Shown piece by piece: positions 50,531 to 63,033 of a stretch of 64,000 nucleotides of DNA. Every line of letters starts with the position of its first letter. Position 1 is the stretch's first letter. The translations under genes were made by a program, and so were the position numbers. This DNA comes from Octopus sinensis (taxonomy: Eukaryota): positions 46,376,001 through 46,440,000 of the forward strand of contig NC_043001.1 of the NCBI RefSeq assembly GCF_006345805.1, written 5' to 3'. The notes beneath the pieces were generated by a model. That model was not told the DNA's origin, did not search any database, and was given only the letters and a program-made list of their open reading frames with translations.

Positions 50531-50743
50531 TTTATATCCTTGGTTGCGGATATATGATATTAACGAAGCGGGAGTAAAGCAATGCATTCATAGACATGAG
50601 TTCCAACTACTAATACGCGAGACCCCAAACCCTCTTCTTGTCTCAACATGACACGTTACTCATTATCAGAGTTCGACGAGTCCACTTTTTAATCAGATAG
50701 AGGTATTAATGTCTATCACCACAACACTATATATATCTCTCTC

Positions 50744-50841
<98 letters not shown>

Positions 50842-50885
50842 CACATACAACATACACACACATGTATATGTCTAAGGAAGAAGAG

Positions 50886-50924
<39 letters not shown>

Positions 50925-50961
50925 TATAAGTACATGTGTTTATGTAGTTGTGTATATATTC

Positions 50962-50993
<32 letters not shown>

Positions 50994-51025
50994 GCACATA
51001 CATACAGTTAGAAATAGGTAAATAA

Positions 51026-51102
<77 letters not shown>

Positions 51103-51146
51103 CAGATAGATAGATAGATAGATAGATAGACAGACAGAGAGACAGG

Positions 51147-51253
<107 letters not shown>

Positions 51254-51362
51254 CTATGTGACATAGTCACATATTGTAGTATCCGCTTCATGTAATGAAC
51301 ACAACTCGGATGTATTCTTGCGTAGCAAAGTCTACAGAAGGCGCTCAATAAATGATATATAC

Positions 51363-51399
51363 CGAGTACAGAACATTGTTGATATATTTATCCATCTAA
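51363..51399 (-). CDS. Candidate exon, phase 1 to 2 ([11 protein letters not shown])
   Basis: Acceptor ttttttttcag, donor G|gtatat. Bridges the 52023 and 49659 exons in frame. Confidence 0.45.
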
Positions 51400-52022
51400 C
51401 TGAAAAAAAAGTTGAAGTGAAAGCTAGTCAAGTTCAACATAGCAAAAACATATATTTGTATACATCACTCCGTGACACGAGCCTGTGTTTCTGCGAGATA
51501 GACACGTACGAAGTGTGCCTAATGTTTTCCTGATGCTTTCAATAGAACATTCTTTGAAAACGATGCAACAGTATGCAATATGGACTTAGCTATCTTGGTT
51601 AAAACATACTGAATATTAAAGAAATATGTATGTATATGTGCTTGTGCGAGCACCTGCACGTTGTGTGTGCGTGCGTGCTTTCGGTGGCATACTCGCTTAC
51701 ACTGGTGTGCGTTTTAATAGATTTCGCCAGAAATGCCTCTGCAAAATATTGCGTATTCGTGGGTAGGATTCGGTTCCAAGCGCACAGACCTCCAATTGCG
51801 CTGTGTTGCTCAGCATTGTCGCTCAATGAGCCCACCTGTCGTGGTCCGTCACAGTGCCAGAATAAACAACAAATAACTTCTGAGATGTCTTTTTCAATCA
51901 AGTCTGTAGTGGATGGACGCTTGGTTGGAGGAAAGCGCAACGCCACATGGATATTTTCAGGTTTCCATCGAAACACTCTGGCATTAATCAAGAATCATAG
52001 AAGACGTTTGCTGCCGACCTAC

Positions 52023-52130
52023 CTGACGCACTCATATGAGTATTGGCATCTTCAGGGTCCCCGAAAGAAATTTGACAAGACGGAACAATGCTACTTTCGA
52101 GACCCTGGATCACGGGAAATATTTTATCAA
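52023..52130 (-). CDS. Candidate exon, phase 1 to 1 (DKIFPVIQGLESSIVPSCQISFGDPEDANTHMSAS)
   Basis: Acceptor ttttcatttgtgcactag, donor CAG|gtaggt, 108 nt open. Confidence 0.5.
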
Positions 52131-52249
52131 CTAGTGCACAAATGAAAAGATTTTCAAGATGAAATCGATGATTTTTTTCATTGAAGAAATTTATTGTATA
52201 ATTTCAAAGTAATGTATTCCAAACAAAACAAATAAAAATAATATTGTTG

Positions 52250-52415
52250 GTTTCAAATTTTGGCACAAGGCCAGCAATTTTGGGGGAAGGGGATAAGTCG
52301 ATTATTGACTCCGAAAGGCTGAAAAGCAAAGTCGACTCCGGTGGTATTTGGACTCTGAAGGAATGCCGTTAAGCATTTTTTCTGGCTCGGTAACGATTCC
52401 ACCAGCTCGCAGCCT
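52250..52415 (-). mobile_element. SINE family B (B2), internally deleted
   Basis: Tail and head match. Confidence 0.75.
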
Positions 52416-52567
52416 TAAATAGAAATAAATAAATAATTAAATAAATAACACAATATTAGTTTCAAATTGAACCCTAGGGTTTGTTTTTAAGCTGCCTGAA
52501 ATTCCTTTCCTTTACTTACATTTTCATACAACATTTTAAACCTTTAGTAACCATCCTTCCAGCATAC

Positions 52568-52638
52568 CTTGTACTCTTGCTTCTTCAAATTCATTTTGTG
52601 ATGCTCTTAAACAATTTCCCGATCTTTTCCGGTTTCTT
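52568..52638 (-). CDS. Weak candidate exon ending in phase 1 (RNRKRSGNCLRASQNEFEEARVQ)
   Basis: Donor CAAG|gtatgc is in phase with the 52130 exon. 5' boundary uncertain. Confidence 0.25.
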
Positions 52639-53391
52639 CTAAAGTCGCCATTCACCCTCTTTCTTGTTTGAAGAATCCTTGCATTAGTGAATCTTCTGTA
52701 ATTTTTTTTGCTCGTGTTGCTTGCTCAAGAATTTCAATGTTCCCTTTTATTAGTTTTTCACCTGTCAATTTCTTGCCTTTGTGATGTTTGATCTGGAGTT
52801 TTCACATGCCCTTGCATCAGCTGTTCTTTTGCTATTTTCTCTGTTTTCTAATCTTTAATCCGAAATTTAAAAGCTAGAACGGATATATTCTCTGTCATCA
52901 GGAAAACATCTCGTTTCCCTGAGTGATATTGTTGGATTTTCCATTTATAATTTCATTCCTGATATTTCATTCGTTCCTTTTTCCCTCCCTATCCTCGCCC
53001 TCTTACTCTTTCTATTTCATTTCTCCATCTCTATTTCTCCGTTATTCTTCCTATTTATTTCCACCGATCTATCTTTATTTCTTACGCTTTCTGGGTACTT
53101 ATTCGACTATTTCCATGACTAAAACTTAAAATGAACCAACTTCCCGTTTACGGTATTAAAAATTGAAATTTTGAAAAATGAAAGCATAAAGTGAGACTTT
53201 GAGGATTGAAAGCCTTGCGTTGGTGTGAGAAGTGGTGGGAGGAAAAGCCTGACGAGCGTTAGGGAGAGAGTTCTTTGGTTTATAGGGGGGCAGCAGAAGG
53301 AATATGCGGCAGCGTAGTATGAATTAAGCAACAGATATGCTTTTCGAATAAACGATTATCCACACATAAAAATTATACATATGTACACAAA

Positions 53392-53456
<65 letters not shown>

Positions 53457-53475
53457 TACACACACACATATATAT

Positions 53476-54030
53476 ATTTACATTTTCAAATTTAAAAATG
53501 CACAGAAATAAAACGCTTTGGCAAAATGTTTTATGCTATTTGAGAGAGAATTTCTTGATTTTTAAAATTTATTGATTTTTTTGTTGTTTTCAGATCATTA
53601 AAATGAAATGTCAAGTGGACAAAACTGAGCATTTCCTTTTTGCATTTAATCGAGGTGTTAAGCCCGTCGAAGATGCTCGTGATATTTATGCTGTGTATGG
53701 AGAAGGAGCAATGCCTCAATGTACCGTTCGCCTTTGGTTTTCGCGATCCAAAAATGGGGATATTGATCTCAATTGAGTTCGATGAACCTTACCCATTAAA
53801 TGCAAAAAGTAAATGGTATCGGAAATGCTCAGTTTTGTCCACTTGGCATTCCATTTTACTGATTTGAAAATGCACAAAAATAAATAAAATTTAAAAGATC
53901 AAAACACCATCTTTTAGAGCAAAAAATTATCTTTCAAATAACATAAAACAGTTGGACAATACGTTTTAATTTTTGCGTGCATTTTTAAGTTTAAAAGAAA
54001 AACGTTTGTGAATTATTCCTCAACCCAGTA
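53476..54030. mobile_element. Mariner derivative made of two oppositely oriented 5' ends
   Basis: Plus: MKCQVDKTEHF..FNRG...DARDIYAVYGEGAM...WFSRSKNGDIDL. Minus 53805-54030: the same UTR and start, ending in TIR tgtgaattattcctcaacccagta. Confidence 0.75.
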
Positions 54031-54153
54031 TATATATATATAGATATATATATATATTATATAATATATTATATATATATTTATATATTCAGCTGTAACC
54101 GGGATGAGCGGGTCAATACGCTTTATATACTATTGTCAAATTTTACTCTCAAC

Positions 54154-54239
54154 TCACCTGAAGAAAACGGGGTTTTTTTTTCACATGCTGTAACTGTATT
54201 GTTCATCAATAAAGAACTTCTTTGAAACAGCTGTAGTGA
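54154..54239 (+). ncRNA. Type I hammerhead ribozyme, complete core, long stem II
   Basis: TCAC-CTGAAGA-aaa...ttt-GAA-ACAGCTGT-A-GTGA: 4-bp stem I, palindromic stem III, GUA cleavage triplet after 54235. Confidence 0.65.
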
Positions 54240-54271
54240 ACCTCACCCCATCTATGAGTATATATGTATAA

Positions 54272-54332
<61 letters not shown>

Positions 54333-55545
54333 GCTCGAAATAAGGATTAGAAGGACAACCGACAACTGATGAAGGGTCGTTTTTTATGCTACTTGTTTTG
54401 TTTCCCATTTGTTTCTCTCGTTCTTTACGTACCCAACTTTATTTTCGTATTTTATATTGTTTACGTTTTATGACTTCCTGTACCCATATATATATATATT
54501 ATTTATATACATACATACATGTATATTGTGCGCATAATTATATATATATTTGCATGTGTAAGTGTGCGTGCGTCAGTGTGTGTATACGTGTGTGTGAATG
54601 TGGTGTGCAAGCGCGTGCTTATTTACATATACAGATATATACATATGGTGCATTACATTTATAATTCATCTTACTTGGTGCTGTCCAACCTGTGTTTGTG
54701 CTTACTTATGTACGTGTGTATCTTCGTTAGAGAGAGAGAGAGAGGGAAAGAGAGAGAGAGAGAGACAGACAGACAGAGAAGGAGAAAGAGGTGGGGAGAA
54801 GGCTGTTTGTAGTAATGGACAAGGCAGATTGCGCAAGAGGTAGGCAGCCTGAGGGGAAAATGAAAGAGTGTGTGGTAAAGAGATAGAAGGATATAGATAA
54901 CCAGTAAGAGTGCGTGCCAAAGGAGAGGAAATGAAGATGGCCATTAGAGTGTGAGAGCAAATGATTGGTTTAAATTCCAGTTGTCGTGATTATAAACAAC
55001 ATTTATCAACACTATGCCTAAAGAAAACTATCACAAAATATCACAAACTATCTCTGTATACTAAATACAAACATGGCAGTATTTCATATATGCCATATAG
55101 TGAGTTGAAACTCACTATATGACATATGAAATTCACTTAACGGAAATTGTCCATGCCATTATTAAAACATCCTCTATGAGAGTTTAAAATCTAAAAAAGA
55201 AAAAACAAAAACAAAAGAAAAGCAAGTAAGGTAGATAACTTCATTAAGCTCAGTTAACTGAAGTATAGGAAATATACAGAGACAATATCCGTTCCCATAT
55301 ATCATTTCCTATATATTTTTCAGGAAAATTCGATCGTCAAATTATCCTTACGCGTAAGTATTTATACCTGGTTCGCAATTCCATGTTTATTCCCAAACAA
55401 AATTCTTTCCTTCATCTTTTAGTGTCAAAGGGTTGCACATTGTGAGAAACTCAGAGTATCGACGAAGTGAATCCTCAGCGCTGAACCGATAGATCAACTT
55501 TATTAGATGCATCGAGTAATGTATTTTTGCACTTGTATATCGAAA

Positions 55546-55866
55546 GGCGCGTGGCTTAGTGGTTAGGGCATTCGGCTCGCGATTGCAAGGTCGTGAGTTC
55601 AATTCCCGGCGACGCGTTGTGTCCTTGAGCAAGACACTTTATTTCACATTGCTCCAGTCCACTCAGCTGATAAAAATGAGTTGTACCTGTATTTCAAAGG
55701 GCCGGCTTTGTCCACACTCTGTGTCACGCTGAATCTCACTGAGAACTACGTTAAGGGTACACGTGTCTGTGGATTGCTCAGTCACTTGCACGTTAATTTC
55801 ACGAGCAAGCTGTTCCGTTGATCGTATCAGCTAGGGACCCTCGTCGTCGTAACCGGCGAGTGCTCC
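55546..55866 (+). mobile_element. tRNA-derived SINE family C, full length
   Basis: A box gtggcttagtggtt, B box gagttcaattcc, then gtgtccttgagcaagacactt. Confidence 0.88.
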
Positions 55867-55914
55867 TATCGAAATATAAGTGCGTATGTGTGCGTGCGCA
55901 CAGTGTACACGCAT

Positions 55915-55958
<44 letters not shown>

Positions 55959-56169
55959 CACACACACATGTGCACATACACATGTGCACATACACAAACG
56001 CATGCACAATTGCACGCGCTATTTCTTCATTTCTAAAATACCAACCCACTCGGTGCTTCAATGTTTGTTCACAAAAGGAGAAATTTTCTCACATTCCAAA
56101 AGCTATTATTAAACGTTACAAAAAGACAGAATCTGCTTTAGTTCAATGGTACAGAGCGAACCTTTAGTC

Positions 56170-56460
56170 TGGCGCATAGCTTTGTGGTTAGAGTGTTGCA
56201 CTCACGGTTGCGAGATCGTGGGTTCGATTACCAGACCGGACGTTGCATTGTGTTCTTGATCAAAACACTTCATTTCACGTTATTCTGCGATCGAAACATC
56301 ATCTGACATGTGGCACATGGTGCACCTGTACAGGAAATATCGATTTGATGGAGGGACCTTATGTGTACACAAACATTTGATCACTATAAACAAATCATCT
56401 GTGTGGTTGTTCGGCAAGAAACTGCCAAACCCTCATACGTCGTCTAACGACGGGGGAGTG
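56170..56460 (+). mobile_element. tRNA-derived SINE family E
   Basis: Related head and central motif with a different 3' part. Second copy at 61577-61840. Confidence 0.75.
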
Positions 56461-56466
56461 CTTGGT

Positions 56467-56508
<42 letters not shown>

Positions 56509-56536
56509 CACCCCACACACACACACACATTTATAC

Positions 56537-56686
56537 AGGCGCAGGCATGACTGTGTGGTAAGGGGCTTGCTTCTCAACCACATGGTCCCGGATTCCGTCC
56601 CTCTGTGTTGCACTTTGGGTAAGTGACAAAAGCCTTGAGTGGATTTGCTTTACTGAAACTGAAAGAAGCCCATCATACATGCGCGC

Positions 56687-56719
<33 letters not shown>

Positions 56720-56935
56720 TTTGTGTCTGTATTCGCCCCCATTCCCATCACTACGTGACAATCGATGTTGTTGCGTTTACGTCCCCGTTATTTAGCGACT
56801 TGGCAAACGAACCCGATCTAATAAGTACAAGGCTTTAAAAATCGTCCTGGGGTCGATTTGTTCCACAAAAGCTCTTCAGGGCGATGCTCCAGCTTGACCG
56901 CAGTCAAATGACTGAAACAAGTAAGAAAATAAAAG
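56537..56935 (+). mobile_element. SINE family A, full length
   Basis: ggcgcaggcatgactgtgtgg...aatgactgaaacaagtaag. Confidence 0.85.
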
Positions 56936-57721
56936 AATATATATATTTATATATATATACCGACACACACATATATTGTATGACAAAAATCCAACCAGTG
57001 TTTGAAACAGTGTCTCCTAAATATTATTTTACGTGAATACTCTAAAAAATAAAACTGTATTTAGTAGAGGAACAGTAATTTTGTTTAATTTAACTATATC
57101 TCCCCCACTACTCGTATTCTGTAAGCATTTTTTCCCCAATTAATCCTAAATTACTCCTTAGATTAAATTAATTTAATATTTAATATTTGATTCAAAGTTA
57201 GAGTTAATAAAATGCAAATTTTTTTCAATATACATAATTAAATTAAATATTTACCAGTATCGAATTTACATTATGTAATGTCTCTGTATTTCCTTTCCCT
57301 TTTTGTCTTCCGAAAATTTCATTAAACTGTTTTAGTAATGTAATTATAAAACTCGTTTGATGGCTAAACATTGATGAATTATAAATATATGAATTTTGAT
57401 TGATTACACACGCGCATGCACGCACACAGACGCATACACATATACACACACAAACGCGCACGCACACGCACTTACTATCACACACACACACACACACACA
57501 TTCAGTTGTAATGTTATATAAGTGACTTAAGAGCCAAGAGTTTTGTTCTTTGCACTTATCAAACCTGTGTGAGTGTATGTTTCTGTGTGTCTGTCTGTGT
57601 GTGTACGTATGTGAGTATGTGTGTGTGTACGCACGTGCATCTGTATCTATGTGTCTATGATTATATACGTATATATATATATATATATATATTATAATAT
57701 ATATATATATAGATATATATA

Positions 57722-60440
57722 TAATAAATATTAGGGAATAAATCCAAATTTACAGGGAAAAAATCAGATTTAGGATTAATCCAATTTTAGTAAAATATTA
57801 TATAATATTATTAGAGACAAAACCACTATTTTGCAAAACAAACAAGGAAAGACTTAATCAATACATAAATTTTAATAAAAGTCAAAAAAACCGCCACTAC
57901 AATTGTTTCTTGTCTTGATCGACAATCTTCAGGTGGACTTCCAATCTAAAATATCAATATTTAAAATATAAAAATAATAATTTTAAAATAATTAAAGTAT
58001 TAATGAAAAAATATAAATTATAATCTATTTATAACCTATATATAATCCATATATAATCAATATATAAACAATATATAAACTAAAATAAACCTATCAACAA
58101 TTAAATATAAAATATAAAATTAAAATATAAAATATAAAACAAACAAAAAATAAACTATATATACACCCATACACATATAACTAATTATATATAACCATAT
58201 CTAAATACATACACTAAATCACACACCTATATATATATATCCCTATACATACACATAAAAACGTCTAGGCAACGATAAATAAATAAAATAGCTAAATACT
58301 TCAACACAATACTTATTCATACTCCCTCACACACACATACAACCCACATTCCCGCTCTAGAAACGGACATCACTTAAAATTATGAACGGAGAAATGGAAT
58401 AAATGGAATTAAAAATTATATTCACTTGGTAAAACGAACACTACTTAAAAATTATGAATGAAACAATGCAATAAAACAACAGACATCGCAAATAGACACA
58501 AATTACTACGAATTCCTTAACAAAACTACCATGATAAACCAAAACTCATAAAACATATAATGATAAATCTCCTTTACTAAACTCTATAACATACCTATAT
58601 AGCAATCCCCCTAACCTAACATTCACACACAAATACACACACGTAACCACACACCCACGACATATACAAATACCCACCCCACTTACACATACCTATACAT
58701 ACATATAAACCTCAACATATACTCCAACAAACCCACTCAACCAACCCCACACAACAAATAAACACATACATCCCCAAACCTAAATAGCAAACCCATAAAC
58801 ACATTCACACACAAATATACATACGTAAAACACACACCATATACATATACATACTCACCAACTCGATATATACAACAATATTAACACACCCACATTCATA
58901 CAGATAAACAAACTACACAACCAAATACGCACACACTCACACACAATCCCACATACATAAACACTCAAAAAAAAACAACATTATTACACATAATACGATA
59001 TATAAAATACATCGTAAGTAACCAGAATATCAAAAATAACAATATGACATAAGGAGAAATATATACATACTTTCAAGTCAGTTTCAATTATGAAGTGAAA
59101 TTAAATTCTAATCCGTTAAAAACATCAAACCAAAATTACGTTACCATAGGACATAACTTATGTATAAAAAGAATACGCGCTATGGAAGCAACCTCACTTA
59201 AAATTATGAATGGAGAAATAGAATAAATGGAATTAAAAATTATATACACGCGGTAAACCAACATTATTTTAAAAAATTATGAATGGATTCTTTTATAAAA
59301 CTACCATGATAAACTAAAACTCACAAAAACATAAATGATAAAACCTCCCTTTACTAAACCTATAACATACTTATATAGCAATCCCTTTAACCTATACATT
59401 CACACACAAATACAACACACGTAAACCACACACCCATAACAAATACAAACACCCCCCCACTCACACACACCCACACAGTACATTATAGCCTCAACATATA
59501 CACCAAACAAAATTACGTTACCAAGGAACTTAACATATGTATAAAAAGTATTCCCGCCTCTGGAAACGAACATCTTTTAAAATTATGAATGGAGAAATGG
59601 AATAAATGGAATTAAAAATAATATTCACGTGGCAAAACGAACACCGCTCAAAATTATGAATGAAACAATGTAATAAACAACAAACATCGTAAATAGACAA
59701 AGTTCCACGAATTCCCTAAAAAAACCATGATAAACCAAAACTCATAAAACATCAATAACAATAAAATCTCCCTTTGCTAAACTCTATAACAAACCTATAT
59801 AGCAATCCCCCTAACCTAAACATTCACACACAAACACACATACACCACGTAAACCACAGACCCACGACTTATACAATACCCACCCACCTCACTCACACAT
59901 ACCTATCTACTTATAAACCTCAATATACACCAAAAACCCACTCCCTCCCCACACAGACAATTAACACATACATCCCCAAACTATATAACAAACCCATATA
60001 CACATTCACACACAAACACCACACACGCAAAACACACACACACAACAGATACATTACTCCCTCACATATACGCATATACATACTCACTAAACTCGATATA
60101 TACAACAATATTACACACACCCACACTCATACAGATAAATAAATTATACAACTAAAAAACGCACACACTCACACACAATCTCACATACATAAACACTCCA
60201 ATAAAACACAACATTAAATACATCGTAATAACCCAGAATATCAAAAATAACAATATGACATAAGGAGAAATAAAATACATACTTACAAGTCAGTTTCAAA
60301 TTATGAAGTGAAATTAAATTCTAAGCCGTTAAAAAATCAAACCAAAATTACGTTACCATAGAAACATAACTTATGTATAAAAAGAATACGCGCCATGGAA
60401 AGCAAACGTCATTTAAAATTATGAATGGAGAAATAGAATA
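57722..60440 (-). mobile_element. Penelope-like non-coding element: tandem-repeated body plus a hammerhead-bearing terminus
   Basis: Terminus 57722-57940 is repeated at 62205-62433. Body units start near 58352, 59177, 59555 and 60390 (about 825, 380 and 835 bp apart). No intact ORF. Confidence 0.6.
57894..57936 (-). ncRNA. Minimal type I hammerhead ribozyme, complete core
   Basis: CCAC-CTGAAGA-TTGTC(GATCAA)GACAA-GAA-ACAATTGT-A-GTGG: 4-bp stem I, 5-bp stem II, palindromic stem III, GUA site. Confidence 0.8.
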
Positions 60441-60443
60441 TAT

Positions 60444-60517
<74 letters not shown>

Positions 60518-60521
60518 TATA

Positions 60522-61135
60522 TAGGGTGTGAGGGGTAAATTTTCGCCATTTTATATTTTAATTTCGCGTATTACATTTTTTAATTTTTATTTTGTCGATT
60601 ACACAGTATGGCTGGTGGAAAACTGCACATGACGCCAATTCACCCACCATGACGCAAATCACTCTGCCAGAAGTCCCGACATGCTGTACTGCTTGGCATT
60701 CACGCCAGAAGCTCCAATACGAACATTTCAGAGTGTTTAGGTGTCAATCTGAGGATAGTGTAATCTGAGGACATGTACCGAAAGTGATAAAAATTAAACA
60801 TACAGTCAACATCATGGTATTTGGAGTGATCGCTAGTGATGTCGACGTTATGCCTACGTTCATCTTCTCACGCGGCCTCACACTCAACAGGGAGGCCTAC
60901 ATCAAGTACCTGAAGGAGGTAGTGCTATCCTGGGTCAAGAGGGTGGCTGCTGGAAGATCCTATGTCTGGAAACAGGACTCTGCCCCATGTCACACAAGCA
61001 GGAGAACCCAGTCATGCCTGTCAGACAATTTCTGTGGCCACATCACCCTTAACATCTGGCCAACAAACTCCCCAAACTGCAACCCCTTGATTATTATGTG
61101 TGGGGAGCAGCTGATCAAGAGACCAACAGAATGCG
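60522..61135 (+). mobile_element. Internally deleted maT-family (DD37D) Tc1/mariner element
   Basis: KHTVNIMVFGVI.SD...YVWKQDSAPCHTSRRTQ...IWPTNSPNCNPL(DYYVWG after a frameshift), 37 residues between D2 and D3. An N-terminal fragment is fused to it. Confidence 0.88.
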
Positions 61136-61179
61136 ACAAGGTTGACCCTTTGAAATACAGTTACTTCTCAGTTTTGCTA

Positions 61180-61290
61180 GTTGAGTGGACTGGAGCGATG
61201 TGAACTAAAGTATCATGCTGAAGGACCCAATGCGCAACCGAGAATCGAACTCACGACGTGAGCCGAATACCCCAACCACTAAGCCACGCT
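61180..61290 (-). mobile_element. SINE family C head fragment
   Basis: gagaatcgaactcacgac...caaccactaagccacgc. Confidence 0.7.
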
Positions 61291-61306
61291 CCTTCAACAT
61301 ATATAA

Positions 61307-61364
<58 letters not shown>

Positions 61365-61576
61365 ATATATGCTGTAGGAACATTTCGGAGTGATAACACC
61401 CAAGAAGTTATACTCAACTCAATAAAACATAGCATCGCTCTTTCAACCTCCTTATTGCTACTGTTATAGTTGCTGCTGATTTTGGGCTTTGCCTGACCAA
61501 ACGTAAGGTCAAAAGCATTAGAGCGATGACCACCTCTCTTTTCATTCCGCGCGCACGCACACACTCACATATATGA

Positions 61577-61840
61577 GTGCGCATGACCTAGAAGTTGAGG
61601 TGTTTCACTCACGATCGCGAGATCGTGGTTTCCATTCCCAAACCGAGCAGTGCGTTGTGTTCTTGAGCAAAACACATCATCTCACGTTGCTCTGCGAGCA
61701 TTTCGACACCTGAAGATGTTCAGGCAACGTCAATTTGATGAAGGGAGTGAACTAATGTACAGCACATACATTTTATCACTATAAACAAATCATTGGTGCA
61801 GGCCATTCCGCAAAACCTGAACTCTCATACGTCGTCTTCT
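61577..61840 (+). mobile_element. SINE family E
   Basis: Matches 56170-56460. Confidence 0.7.
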
Positions 61841-61874
61841 ATATGTCGTCCATCATGTATATATATATATATAT

Positions 61875-62177
61875 ACTAGTAGTATCGCCCGGCGTTGCTC
61901 GGGTTTGTAAGGAAAATAACTAAATAAGCATTTTTAGAGAGTTACTTCCCTTATATAAACCGAGCAAAAATCATTAAAAATGCGGAAAAATGATGGTACA
62001 TTTTTTTTAAAATCGTAGACTCATCGTAGACGCGCGCTAATACCCAGAAGGGCTCGATATGAATCACGACTATAAGATACGCGCTTTTGGTTAAACTGCA
62101 CCGCAAAATGTGGGAGTAGTTAGGAATCTAAATCGGTGGTACAGACACACACACAACTTTAGTTTTATATTAAAGAT
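61875..62177 (+). mobile_element. Helentron/DINE-like non-autonomous element
   Basis: 5' actagtagtatcgcccggcgttgctcggg, 3' ttttatattaaagat. Confidence 0.65.
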
Positions 62178-62377
62178 ATATATATTGTATTGTATATATG
62201 TAATAATATAAATATTAGGGATAAATCCAAATTTACAGGGAAAAATCAGATTTAGGATTAATCGATTTTATAGTAAAATATTATAAAATATTATTCGAGA
62301 CAAAACCACTATTTTGCAAAACAAACAAGGAAAGACTTAATCAATACATAAAATTTTAATAAATAGTCAAAAAACCG

Positions 62378-62420
62378 CCACTACAATCGTTTCTTGTCTT
62401 GATCGACAATCTTCAGGTGG
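62378..62420 (-). ncRNA. Minimal type I hammerhead ribozyme, complete core
   Basis: CCAC-CTGAAGA-TTGTC(GATCAA)GACAA-GAA-ACGATTGT-A-GTGG. Confidence 0.8.
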
Positions 62421-62453
62421 ACTTCAAATAATTTGACACTGAATTATTGAAGT

Positions 62454-62495
62454 CCACCTGAAGATTGTCGATCAAGACAAGAACGATTGTAGTGG
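62454..62495 (+). ncRNA. Mirror-image hammerhead with one A missing from GAAA
   Basis: CCAC-CTGAAGA-TTGTC(GATCAA)GACAA-GAAC-GATT-GTA-GTGG. Confidence 0.55.
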
Positions 62496-62588
62496 CGGTT
62501 TTTGACTATTTATTAAATTTTATGTATTGATTAAGTCTTCCTTGTTTGTTTTGCAAAATAGTGTTTTTTGTCTCGAATAATATTTATG

Positions 62589-62659
<71 letters not shown>

Positions 62660-62724
62660 CTGAAGGTGACCCGCTCTACGCGCGGGTAAGAGTGTGGGTG
62701 TTACTTTCTGTTGCTTCCTTTCAG

Positions 62725-63033
62725 CACGTAAAAAGCACCATCCGAACGTGGCCGATTGCAGCACCCGCCTTGACTTGCTTCTGTGCCGGTGGCACGTAAA
62801 AAGCACCAACCGATCGTTGCCACTGCGAGCCCCCCTGGCACAGTGCCGGCGGCACGAAATATAGCACTCACTACACTCACAGAGTGGTTTCGTTAGGAAG
62901 GTCATCCACCTGTAGAAACACTGCAGATCAAACTGGAGCCTGGTGCAGCCTCCTGGCTTCCGAGACCCCGGGTCACACTACCCAACCCGTGCTAGCACGG
63001 AAAACGGACGTTAAACGATGATGATGATGATGA
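62725..63033 (+). mobile_element. Retroposon 3' part with an RTE-type (GAT)n tail
   Basis: Repeated tgccggtggcacgtaaaaagcacc, ending ggaaaacggacgttaaac(gat)n. Confidence 0.75.

Larger units (their letters stand above)
62284..62587. repeat. Near-perfect fold-back palindrome, ~150-bp arms with an ~8-nt spacer
   Basis: Arms 62284-62433 and 62442-62587. Confidence 0.95.

Noticed and set aside
51630-52145. 171-aa plus-strand ORF and overlapping 130-aa minus-strand ORF
   Set aside because: No recognisable domain. The 3' part is antisense to the better-supported spliced exon 52130-52023.
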